A stretch of DNA of 64,000 bases from Octopus bimaculoides (Eukaryota), in assembly GCF_001194135.2 (NCBI RefSeq), contig NC_068985.1, positions 62,999,204 through 63,063,203 on the forward strand, given 5' to 3'. Shown piece after piece: positions 12,489 to 24,302 of this stretch. How positions within the stretch are numbered: the stretch's first letter is position 1; every line of letters begins with the position of its first letter. The notes under the pieces were generated by a model that was given only the letters and a program-made list of their open reading frames with translations, made no database searches and had not been told where the DNA came from. The translations under genes and the position numbers were made by a program.

Positions 12489-13639
12489 AGCTGAGCCCTC
12501 TTAGGCCAGAATTGTGGTAGCTTCAGTGTTGTTTTGTGATTGCTTGCTATGTTTATTTCGATAGCAAGAGCTGTTGTTCTATCACACCGGGGTCACCAGT
12601 TATAGCTTTGTTAAGCTATATACAAATAAACTCATGGAGACAAGAATGTGTTAGTGACAGATTTATTCTTTTAAGTACATCAGAGTGACAGCCGCCAGTT
12701 ATTTCTACCTCTTTGAAGCCCACTTGACTGGAAGTCTACTTTGCTGCAGACCAGCTCCCTAGCTAGCCTGCGGCGAAGTTCCTGTCTACAGTTTGTCTGT
12801 CATAAATCCTGCCTTACACAAGGATGGTATCAGGTGGTCGTGCTATGTGCTAAAATCAACAGTTAAATCACCCTTAAACCACACACATAAAAAAGACATT
12901 TTTTTTGCATAATCCTGTGTGTAGAACATAAATTTGCAAAAGTTTTTTGAAAATTCTGAAAAATAACAGTTATGAGTTGTTATATGGGGTACTTAAACCA
13001 GAATATGTTGACAGCATGTCAGCTGGCTCAAAAGCAAGCAGTAAAAAGTATGCTTTTTTCTGCTTTTTCCTCTGTGACCTCCCAGTCTACTTTTATCTCT
13101 CTTTTCCACCTCCCTTCTCAAAAAGAACACTACTCATTTTTCCTAACAATAACTGAAATTAAGCAGAAAAAAATCTTCTTGTCTCTGCCTTCCCTCATTT
13201 GTTTACCTCTGCCTGTCTCCCTTTTGTTTTTTTCTCTACATGCTTCTTACTTGAAAAGGTAAGTAAATAGTATGGCATGCAGTGCATGTGTTGTATACCT
13301 ACACCCTTCAAAATCAATATTTAAAATGAGATCATTAGTTGTATTGCTGCTACTATTGAAGTTGAAATTAAGGCAATGATAAAAAAACAAAAAAAAAAAA
13401 CATTATTTGTTGCTGTTATGTTTGATGAGGATATGGATCTTTGAATGAAATCTCAATTGTTACGTATTTTGTGATTTGTTGATGAATTTCCCAAAACGTA
13501 CTGAAGAATTGAACTGATTTACAAATAAATTTTGAATGGTTTAATATTTGTATTATTTTCTCAGATTTCTCTTGTAACTAATAACAGTCTTCATGACGAT
13601 ATATATATATATATAATATATATATATATAAATGAAACA

Positions 13640-14110
13640 AAAATGCAATAGAGGGCCTTAAAACATTTGGACAGATAGACGATACAAAGGCAGACAAGAG
13701 AAACAACAATTAGAAGGACAGGCAAAAAAGAGACAGGTCATTCTTGGCTTTCTTAATCAGTCAAGTCCCAGAAGTCATGACTATTTCGGGCAGTTACGCT
13801 TGAGATGGTTCGATCTGATTGCCCCCCAAAAAGCCTAAACTAAGAGCATTAAACCCCTTTGTAAGAAAGCTAGCGAATGTGTACAGCAACAAAGACAAAA
13901 AAAACCAAACAAACAAAAAATAAACCGGAGAACATGGTACACAATTATGAATACAAACAACAAGAAATAACAACAGGCATCTTTCAACTGAGAACGAATC
14001 AAATTGAGCTGGTGTGTATGAAGTGAAAGCCTAAAGGCAGGAACATGGGAGATGGACACAAGAGGTGTTGGCAGTTAGCAGATCATGGCTGGCCAGACAC
14101 TGGTCACGTG
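13640..14110 (-). mobile_element. Possible Penelope-like element 3' fragment
   Basis: The minus-strand reading LPTPLVSISHVPAFRLSLH resembles the C-terminal end of PLE GIY-YIG domains and is followed by pLTR-like low-complexity sequence. Confidence 0.3.
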
Positions 14111-14697
14111 GAAGGAGGAGAGATGGGTAGGGATTGAAGGATTAGAAAAAAAAAAAATCAATGACAAAGAGAAAGGTACAGGGGAGATAAATGAGTGGGA
14201 AATAGTGGGAGTTAAAGAAAAAGAGGGCCAAGAAATGTGAGAGAGGGGGAGCGAGAAAAAGGAAAAATGAGAGGGGGAATAAAAGATAGAGTAAGAGTCG
14301 TACAAAATTTAGATACATACATATAAGTTGAGCACAAGGGTGTACATGCGTATGTATGTATATACATATATCATCATCATCATCATCGTCGTCGTCATCA
14401 TCGTCATCATCATCATCATCATCACCATCATCACAGTCCTCATCTTCTGAGGAGCTGTGATAGCACATACTTCCGTATAGAAAGAATGACGCCTCCAAAA
14501 CCGACAATCGAGGTGTCCGTTTCGCCTGCCTACCCCGCCTGAGGATTGTCTTAAGAGCGTGAAGCTCTAAGTGAAGGAACAGTACGAACTTCAACTATAA
14601 CCCTATGTATTACAATGTGTGTGTGTATGTGTATGTGTGTGCACGCATGTGTGTGCGTGAATGCGTACGTGTGCGTGTGTGTGTATAGATAGATAGC

Positions 14698-14809
<112 letters not shown>

Positions 14810-15434
14810 CACATAGATATATATAGATACATATATACATACATATATACATGTGTATGAATGTATATATATACAGACATACATGTACAGAATAGGATTG
14901 TCCTGAAAAATGATACAAAAACGTGTATGCCTTTCTAATTAATTAACATATGTTATTCAGAATATACATGCCGGTAGGGTAACATTCACGAGAAAGGCAG
15001 ACGATACAACAGAAAAGCTAGCACACTTTATACGTAAGAAATTAAGATTAAATGCGACGTCAAAGTTTCGCCGAGAACACCTCCTCAGAAATACAGACAT
15101 GTAAATATATATCCAAATATATATGCATGTGTATATATATATATATATATATATNNNNNNNNNNNNNNNNNNNNNNNNNNNNNNNNNNNNNNNNNNNNNN
15201 NNNNNNNNNNNNNNNNNNNNNNNNNNNNNNNNNNNNNNNNNNNNNNNNNNNNNNNNNNNNNNNNNNNNNNNNNNNNNNNNNNNNNNNNNNNNNNNNNNNN
15301 NNNNNNNNNNNNNNNNNNNNNNNNNNNNNNNNNNNNATATATGGGAGAATGTACGAAAAAACAACAACAGACGAGGACAGGTGGTGTAAATAACAAAAGG
15401 ATGTATTAGTATGACGCTCGGGAATACGGAAAGT

Positions 15435-15469
15435 CTTTGACGTTTCGAGCTACGCTCTTCAACAGAAAG
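15435..15469 (-). ncRNA. Minimal type I hammerhead-like motif (variant core) in a Penelope-like terminal repeat
   Basis: CUUU-CUGUUGA-A-GAGC(GUA)GCUC-GAA-ACGU-C-AAAG: stem I, stem II, palindromic ACGU stem III and a GUC site. A6 is replaced by U. Confidence 0.5.
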
Positions 15470-15537
15470 GAGAAAAACACGGAGAAAAAAAATTGAATAG
15501 TGTTCAGTCAACGGTCAATCATATATATATATATATA

Positions 15538-16107
15538 TCGGAGTGGCTGTCTGGTAAGTTGCTTGCTTACCAAGCACATGGTACCGGGTTCATTCCCACT
15601 GCCGACCAATGACATGTGAGTGGATTTGGTAGAGGGAAACTGAGGGAAGTCCGTTGTATATAAGTATATATATATATATATGTATGTTTATATGTATTTA
15701 TGTATGGACGTATGTATGTATATAAGTATACATATATGTTGTAACTACATGTAGATTGTTAGCAATTTTTTTCCTCCGTCTTCCTTTTCTCTGGGACATT
15801 CCTCTGTCTCCTGTTTCTGAAGAAGAGCTCTTCGCTCGAAATGTAAAACTAACTTTCTTTCCTTCCCCGAGCGTCTATTAATAATTTGCATGTACCACGT
15901 CCATGCATTGTTCTTTTGTGTTTTTTCTTCGTTTTGTTTTTGGTTGGGGATTTTATATATATATATATATAGTTTGCTTCCCAACCGCATGGATCCGAGT
16001 TCAGTTGCACTGCATAGCACATTGAGCAAGCGGCTTCTACTATAATCACGGACCGACCAAAACCTTGTGGATGGGTTCCGGTAGACAGAAACTGAAAGAG
16101 GCTCGTC

Positions 16108-16165
<58 letters not shown>

Positions 16166-16395
16166 GCGAGTGTCTTGGTGTTTATATTAGACCCCTCGCT
16201 ACGATTTCACAACCCATGTTTGGTGTATTTATGTCCCCATAACCAAACGGTTCGGCAAGAGGAGCCGGTAGAATAAGTAACAGTCTTTAAAAAAAAAATA
16301 TTAATGCTGTTGTCAATTCGTTCGACCAAATTTCTTCAGGGCTGTACTCCAGCGTGGCCGCAATCCTATAACTAAAACAAGTAAAAGATAAAAGA
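15538..16395 (+). mobile_element. SINE family A fragments (two heads, one tail) flanking a Penelope-like piece
   Basis: A/B-box heads at 15538-15660 and 15970-16110; decayed tail at 16185-16395. Confidence 0.7.
15813..15849 (+). ncRNA. Minimal type I hammerhead-like motif, canonical core
   Basis: GUUU-CUGAAGA-A-GAGC(UCUUC)GCUC-GAA-AUGU-A-AAAC. The downstream cccgagcgtc is shared with the 15435 copy, and 52999 has cccgagcgtt. Confidence 0.6.
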
Positions 16396-16549
16396 GATAA
16401 ATAGTTTGATAAATATATAGATTGATTGATTGATTGATAGGTACATACGTACGTACGTGTTTACGTATTCATACATAAATATGTATGTATGTATCATCGT
16501 TATCCTCATATACATATACGTTCATCTATCTATCTATCTTGTTTCTTTA

Positions 16550-16700
16550 TTGCCCACAAGGGGCTAAACATAGAGGGGACAAACAGTGACAGACAAAAGA
16601 TGAAAGATAAAGTCGACCTCGGCGAAATTTGAACTCAGAACGTAATACCACTAAGCATTTCGCCCGGGGTGCTAACGATTCTGCCTGCTCGCCGCCTTAT
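16550..16700 (-). mobile_element. SINE family C copy
   Basis: Reverse complement of ggcggcgagc...ttagcacgccgggcgaaatgcttag...ttctgagttcaaattc...gaggtcgact. Confidence 0.8.
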
Positions 16701-16707
16701 CTATCTC

Positions 16708-16808
<101 letters not shown>

Positions 16809-16834
16809 CAGTGTGTATTTATGTGTGTATGTAT

Positions 16835-16894
<60 letters not shown>

Positions 16895-16945
16895 ATATAC
16901 ACACATATACATATACAAACACATAAATATATATCAGATACACAC

Positions 16946-16992
<47 letters not shown>

Positions 16993-17627
16993 ACTTACAT
17001 ATACATACATAAACATACATACACGTTCACATGGAGATTAACTGAGAGAATGAAGATTCTTCTGTCGCTGTGTATAATTGAGGAAACGAAGAAGAAAATA
17101 CAGAAGAGAAAATGCTACATGTTCAGTGATACTGTTGTTTTCACATGGGAGCGAATATCTTATTTATCTACGCGTACATGTAGGTGTGTGTCTGCGTATA
17201 TGTGTGTATGTGTGTGTGTGATTGTGTGTGTGTGATTGTGTGTGTGTGATTGTGTTTCTGTGTATTTGTGTGTGTTGTGTAATTCTATAACGTAATCTAA
17301 TTTTTTTTTGTTTTTGTTTTTTGTTTTTTGCTTTTCCAGTTTTTTTTTTTTTCGTTTTTTTTTCTTTTTTGTTCTTGCACATTTTTCACGCCTGGATTAT
17401 TGAATGATTACAAGTTCGTCTGACGTTTTATTTTGTTCCGTTTCGTAACAAAAATTGAAGGAAGACAAAAATAGCTGAATTACAAAACCCTTGGTGACGA
17501 GCAAGAAGGCAAAATGTCATGGCGACATTTCAAGCAGAGGAAATTAACCAACCAATCCATTAATTTTCTTCTTTCTCTCTTTCTTTCTTTCTTCCCTTCT
17601 TTTTTCCTTTTCTTTTCATTTCATTTT

Positions 17628-17699
17628 GTGCTATGATGATGATGATGATGACGATGACGATGATGATAATGATGATGATGATGGTGATGATGATGATCG

Positions 17700-17747
<48 letters not shown>

Positions 17748-17763
17748 CAATGATGATGATGAA

Positions 17764-17819
<56 letters not shown>

Positions 17820-18035
17820 GGATGACGGTGATGACGGTGATGATGATGATAACGATGATGATGATGATGATGATGCACAGAAGAAGGAGGAAGAGGAAGG
17901 AGGAAGAGGAAGAAGAGGAGGTTGGAAATGAGGAGGAAAAGGAGGAGGGAGAAGTGATGGAAGAAGACGAGGACGATTATGACGACGACGATAGCGATAA
18001 CATAAATGATGATGATGATGATGATGATGGCGATA

Positions 18036-18081
<46 letters not shown>

Positions 18082-18260
18082 CAAGGACGATGACGACGAC
18101 CGCAACGACCACAACAATGATGAAAATCACGAATGTGAAAACGACGACAGCGATGACGATGCCGAAAGTGACGGCCATAACCACCACCACTAACAACAAC
18201 AACAACAACAACATTACCACGACAGCGATGACAATGACGATTATGATGAAGATGATTAGA
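17628..18260. repeat. Compound trinucleotide low-complexity tract (GAT/GAC/GAA/GAG/CAC/CAA)n
   Basis: About 630 bp of phase-locked triplets. The poly-D, poly-M, poly-H and poly-S ORFs are by-products. Confidence 0.9.
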
Positions 18261-18637
18261 ATAACGATAATTATGAGTGTGTTTTACGAAGAGGATTTGC
18301 GTTATGATGGACGCCCGCCGAAGACGACGTATGAGCATTCAGCTTTTGCCGAACGACCTGCAACAATTATTCGTTTATAGTTATCAAATGTATGTATACT
18401 GTACATTAACTCACTCCACCCCATCAAATCATCTTTGTCCAAACAGATCCACTGTGTACCACGTGTCAGGAGTCAATGTGATCGCAGAACAACGTGAAAT
18501 GGAGTGTTTTGCTCAAGGACACAATGCACTACCTAGTCTAAGAATTGAAACCACGATCTGACGATCGTGAGTGTAACACTCGAATCACTAGGTCATGTGT
18601 GGTATAGTAGTAATATATTTAATATTTTACCTTTTAG

Positions 18638-19190
18638 GGCGGCGAGCTGGCAGAAGGGTTAGCACGCCGGGCGAAATGCTCAGCAGTATTTCGTCTGTCT
18701 CTACGTTCTGAGTTCAAATTCCGCCGAGGTAGACTTTGCCTTTCTGGGTCGATAAATTAAGTACCAGTTGCATACTGGGGTCGATCTAATCGACTAGCCC
18801 CCTACCCAAACATTTCGGGCCTGGCGCCTAGAGTAGAAACGAATATTTTACTCTTAATCTTTCAGGGTTGATAAAACAAGTACAAGTTGCGTACTGGGGG
18901 ATCAATATAATCGACTAACCCATCCCTCAGGATTGCTGGCCTTGTGCCAAAATTTGCAATCAGGGCGACGAGGTGGCAGAACTGTTATCGGGCCGGACAA
19001 AATGCTTAGCGATATTTTCCCCGAATTTACGTTCTGATTTCAAATGCCGCGGGGGTCGACTTTGCCTTTCAAGGTCTTGGGGATAATAGAATAAGTACAA
19101 GTTGAGCACCGGGGTTGATGTAATCGACTTGCTCCTCCCCCGATACTGCTGGCTTTGTGATAAAATATGAAACCAATATTTTGCTCTTGA
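18638..19190 (+). mobile_element. Cluster of SINE family C copies
   Basis: Repeated gagctggcagaa...gttctgagttcaaattccgccgaggt...ggggtcgat motifs. Confidence 0.8.
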
Positions 19191-20219
19191 TGCTCTACAT
19201 ATTTAAATAATGTATAAGTAAAATGCGTGCCCACTTTTACATCCTTGGTTTAAATTTTGCCAAGGTGGCACTTCGCTGTTTTGTTTTTTGGGGGTGTTTT
19301 TTTCCTTTCATTTTCGGCACAATAAGAACTAGGGTTGATACCAAGAGCCCTAGAAAAATATAGTGGGTTATATTATTGACCCAATCATATCGACTTGCTA
19401 AATTATTGCAGAACCAGATTGTAACAATAAATACGATGCAAAAATAGCCTTTCGTGATTTCGTCACCTCTTGCTCGCCAGAATTTTTGGCTGCCGGCATA
19501 AATTAGCTTCCGATTAAATGGCGAAATTGTGTTGATAACTTAGGTGCATACGTTGATTAACTGCATTGCTTTTTGTTGAGATAAATTAAAATAAACTTTC
19601 AGCTCAAAATCGGACATTTTATTCTTAATTTACCTTCCTCGGATTTCGCACTAAGTATTATTTCCAGTCCTTATCTGAAAGCTATTTTCCTGGAATTCCT
19701 TTCCTGCTCATTTTCCTCACAACCGTTGACTGATTACTTTCCAACAGACCATGAGACAAGCAGTAATCAACACTAATAACTAGTGGTGAATATAATAAAA
19801 ACGGACATGAACAAAATGGTTTAAATAGTACCGGGGTTTATAATACTACACGCACTTACTAAAATGGCCCTGCTAGACCCTATTCAAGCCCCTATTCAAC
19901 GTAGGCCACTTTCCACTCAGTAACGTAAGTCACACTACTTAACTACATAACACACAATACTTGCTCAAGACTATTCATCTCTCATATCACAACAATCGAC
20001 GCTGACACTATGTAATGTCACACACGTATCACAACTCACAGTCTTTACACTTGCTGTCCCATAACATAGCACGACCCGCACACGCTACACATATACTCTA
20101 CATACTTTACACCTTTCGAGTGTTGGGCCGCACGGAGGTAAAGTGGCCAATGCTGGTGGCACACGAAAAGCTCCTTTTGAGTGTTGAGCCTCACAGAGAT
20201 ATTATGTTGTGCTTGAGAA

Positions 20220-20363
20220 GAAGGCCCATCAAGCCAAGAAGACCCATCAAGCCAAGGAGACCCATCAAGCCAAGAAGACCCATCAAGCCAAGAAGACCCA
20301 TCAAGCCAAGAATACCCATCAAGCCAAGAATACCCATCAAGCCAAGAAGACCCATCAAGCCAA
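20220..20363. repeat. 18-bp tandem repeat x8 (gaagacccatcaagccaa)
   Basis: Eight contiguous units with single substitutions. They read RRPIKP on + (ORF 20015-20440) and WLDGSS on - (ORF 20045-20449). Confidence 0.95.
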
Positions 20364-21131
20364 GTGAATTTGGCGAGGATGGCCCGTATGAATGGGCTCA
20401 TCCTGATCATACGCTTGTAAGCCAGAGGAGTCGAGAATGAGAGAGGCACCTGCTGAGGTGCCCCTGCCGGTCGAGGTAACCATGATGTATGGGGTTCCTT
20501 GGTCGTCCTTCAGAAGAACTCCCCACTTATGCAGAATGTTATTGTCGAATTTTTGTTGTTAATTATTCTTGTTTCTTTTCTTTTTTTATATACATGAATT
20601 TTTGTGCTAAGCCCCACTTGTCCTTTGTGTTGTGTTGCATTGTCCCCTTTTGTTTTGTGCTTGACCCTTGTGGCCAATAAAGGAAAGATTATTCCACAGA
20701 TATCCTTTACAACAACCAACATAACCACCCGAGCAATTGATAGGAAGTCACACACCGACTCACTCCTATCAATGATCCACCGATGTAGACGCCACATAAA
20801 GTTCATTCCATGTGCGTAAGTGAACATGCATGTGTACTTGAACATGTATGTGAGAGTATACCTGTATGTGTGTGCGCGTGTGTTTATATGTGTTGCTTTA
20901 TGAGGATGCAATAATAAGTGGTGTTGCGCATGTTCGCGAATATGTAGTAGATAACCTAATAAAGAGCCTTAATAGAAGATATCTTGTTAAAGGGACATAA
21001 TAAAGACATCGTTAAAATCATTCAAATGTTTTTGCTGTTATCATCTTCCGGCAGTTTCCGCAACAGGTTTTCGTCAAGTAAACAAAAAGAATATCAAATA
21101 TTAAAAATACATCAAAAGGCCCCCGCTAAAA

Positions 21132-21182
<51 letters not shown>

Positions 21183-21617
21183 NNNNNNNNNNNNNNNNNN
21201 NNNNNNNNNNNNNNNNNNNNNNNNNNNNNNNNNNNNNNNNNNNNNNNNNNNNNNNNNNNNNNNNNNNNNNNNNNNNNNNNNNNNNNNNNNNNNNNNNNNN
21301 NNNNNNNNNNNNNNNNNNNNNNNNNNNNNNNNNNNNNNNNNNNNNNNNNNNNNNNNNNNNNNNNNNNNNNNNNNNNNNNNNNNNNNNNNNNNNNNNNNNN
21401 NNNNNNNNNNNNNNNNNNNNNNNNNNNNNNNNNNNNNNNNNNNNNNNNNNNNNNNNNNNNNNNNNNNNNNNNNNNNNNNNNNNNNNNNNNNNNNNNNNNN
21501 NNNNNNNNNNNNNNNNNNNNTGTATATACATACATACACACACATATGCATATGCAAGCAAACACGTGCACGTAGAGGTACAAATACGTGAATACATATA
21601 TATATATATATATATAG

Positions 21618-21649
<32 letters not shown>

Positions 21650-21785
21650 ACAAGCACGCACATCATAGTTTCATTTCTTTAATTTATATGCTGATTTGAA
21701 AGTTCCAATCTTATTGTTGCTTTTTCATTTTATTGTTATTGTTGTTGCCTTTATTATCATCATCATTATTATTATTATTATTATC

Positions 21786-21830
<45 letters not shown>

Positions 21831-22309
21831 CATTATTATTATTATCATGTTTTTTTTGTTTTTTTTGGTTTTAAGTTTACCTTCTTTTTTTCCCCCTTCT
21901 TCTCCGCAAGTATATTGGATTGATGAAGGTTTCTACTGATAACTTTAAGCTGTCGGTGACAATTCGCCTTTATTAATTACCGCTTGACGGATTCTTATTT
22001 CACTTCCTTAATTACAGTTGACAGCTTGCAAGGGTGAAACTAGGAATAATCATGACGTTTTAATGAGATTCCTGGTTCTATTGGAAAGTCTTCGAGGCAG
22101 GGTGCCAAACCACAGACATTAAAATGTGAAATATGTAACCATGCAAAATGGACAGTTGGTTTCTTGGTTAGTGAAGGGAGAAAATAGTATTCTGAAAAAA
22201 TAATAAAGTAATGGAAAGAATATATAGTGAAAAATATGAAAAATAGTGCACAAAATCTCGTAAATATTTAGTTTATACAAAATGACGGTTAGTGTGCAAG
22301 CAACAGGAG

Positions 22310-23860
22310 CTGGCGAGCTGGGGGAAACGTTAGCGTGGCGGATAAATAATGCTTAGTGGTAGTTTTTCCAGCTCTTTATGTACTGTGTTCAATTTCCACC
22401 GAGGTTGAGTTTGTCTTTCGCTCTTTCAGGGGTCGATATCATAAAGTACCAGTCAAGTACTAGAATCGATGTAATTAATTTCCCCCATACCCATAAAATG
22501 AAATGTATGACAAAAAAAAAAAAGATAAATTTACCTTGCTGCATTTCTTCCGGCTCTTCACGTTCTGAGTTCAAATTCTGTAGTGGTCGCCTTTGCCTTT
22601 TTTTCTTTCGGGGTCGATAAAATAAGAAACAGTTGAGAACTGAGTTCGAGGCAATCGGCTAAACGCTTCTCCTAACATTGCTGGCCTTGTTCCAAAATTT
22701 GAAATCATCTTTTCGTTCTGAGTTCAAATTTCACCGAGGTCGACTTTGCTTTCCATCCTTTCGTAGTCGATAAAATAAGTATCAGTTGAACATTAGGGGT
22801 CGATGTATTTCGACTTCGCCCCTANNNNNNNNNNNNNNNNNNNNNNNNNNNNNNNNNNNNNNNNNNNNNNNNNNNNNNNNNNNNNNNNNNNNNNNNNNNN
22901 NNNNNNNNNNNNNNNNNNNNNNNNNNNNNNNNNNNNNNNNNNNNNNNNNNNNNNNNNNNNNNNNNNNNNNNNNNNNNNNNNNNNNNNNNNNNNNNNNNNN
23001 NNNNNNNNNNNNNNNNNNNNNNNNNNNNNNNNNNNNNNNNNNNNNNNNNNNNNNNNNNNNNNNNNNNNNNNNNNNNNNNNNNNNNNNNNNNNNNNNNNNN
23101 NNNNNNNNNNNNNNNNNNNNNNNNNNNNNNNNNNNNNNNNNNNNNNNNNNNNNNNNNNNNNNNNNNNNNNNNNNNNNNNNNNNNNNNNTTCCCCCATACC
23201 CATAAAATGAAATGTATGACAAAAAAAAAAAAGATAAATTTACCTTGCTGCATTTCTTCCGGCTCTTCACGTTCTGAGTTCAAATTTCACCGAGGTCGAC
23301 TTTGCTTTCCATCCTTTCGTAGTCGATAAAATAAGTATCAGTTGAACATTAGGGGTCGATGTATTTCGACTTCGCCCCTACCCCGAACTTACTGGCTTTG
23401 TATCAAAATTTAAAACCAATATATAAATAAGACGCTGAGGATTGCAAAATTGTTAACGCACCGTACGAAATGCCTTTTAGTTACTAAATTCTATGTTCTG
23501 ATTTCAAATGCTGCCGAGGCCACATTTACCTTTCATCATTCTGGGTCCAAGAGAATCAAGTATCAATCATCATGTAAATGAGTTGATTGCCTTCAGGCAA
23601 CCTATTTTAGGGGTCATTATATAAATCAAAGGAAGGCAGGGAACCCCAGAATCGTTAGCCCATCAGGCAGTATGGTTTGCTGCTTTTCGTCAGGTCTTTA
23701 TGTTCTAAGCTCAAATTCTGCCGTAGTCGACTTTACCTTTCATCTTTTCGGGGTTGCAAAAATAAGTATCAGTTGAACACTAGGGTCAATGTAATCGGCT
23801 AGCCCCCACTCCCACAAAATTTCAAGCCTTGTGCCGATAATAGAAAGGACTATGTGCATT
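22310..23860 (+). mobile_element. Array of decayed SINE family C copies spanning an assembly gap
   Basis: At least six gttctgagttcaaatt...gtcgac...cctttcggggtcgataaaataagta units. Confidence 0.8.
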
Positions 23861-24079
23861 AAAGCGGCAAGCTGGTCGAATCATTAGCGCGTTCGGATAA
23901 AACGCTTCGTAGGGTTTTCAAATTCCGGCCAAATTAACTTTGCCTTTCATTCTTTAGATACCGATACAATAAGTTCTACTCAAAGTGCTACTGGTATTGA
24001 AATAATCAACTTGCTCCCCTCCTCTCAAAATTGCTAGCCTTGAGTCAAAATTAGAAAGAATTGTATATATCATTATCAG

Positions 24080-24246
24080 GCGTAGGAGGGGCTGTGTGGC
24101 AAGTAGCTTGCTTACCATCCACATGGTTCCAGGTTCAGTCCCACTGCGTGGCACCTTGGGCAAGTGTCTTCTACTATAGCCTCGGGTCGACCAAAGCCTT
24201 GTGAGGTGAGTGGATTTGGTAGACGGAAACTGAAAAGAAGCCCGTC

Positions 24247-24302
<56 letters not shown>

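Larger units (their letters stand above)
8970..12818 (-). mobile_element. Ty3/Gypsy LTR retrotransposon, CsRn1-like clade, degenerate
   Basis: Two ~205-218 bp LTRs (8970-9174 TG..CA; 12601-12818). PBS tggtgaccccgg next to the 5' LTR (12587-12598), complementary to the tRNA-Trp 3' end. PPT gggaggggag next to the 3' LTR (9178-9187). gag, PR, RT, RH and IN remnants are in Gypsy order. No matching TSD. Confidence 0.92.
8691..13003. repeat. Inverted repeat pair (8691-8779 and 12917-13003) bracketing the Gypsy element
   Basis: The reverse complement of ttctggtttaagcaccccatataactcctcataac...gttctacgcat aligns at roughly 80% with gtgtgtagaac...gttatgagttgttatatggggtacttaaaccagaa. Confidence 0.7.

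Noticed and set aside
8964-12824. Target-site duplication for the Gypsy element
   Set aside because: The flanks atgag and caagg do not match, so no TSD is claimed.
15050-15094. Additional hammerhead (CUGAGGA...GAAAC..GUC, minus strand)
   Set aside because: Stem II has a G-G mismatch and stem I cannot form; at best a dead relic.
17626-18338. Poly-D/M/H/S and acidic ORFs
   Set aside because: They arise from triplet repeats that are open in most frames on both strands; the acidic frame is broken by stops.
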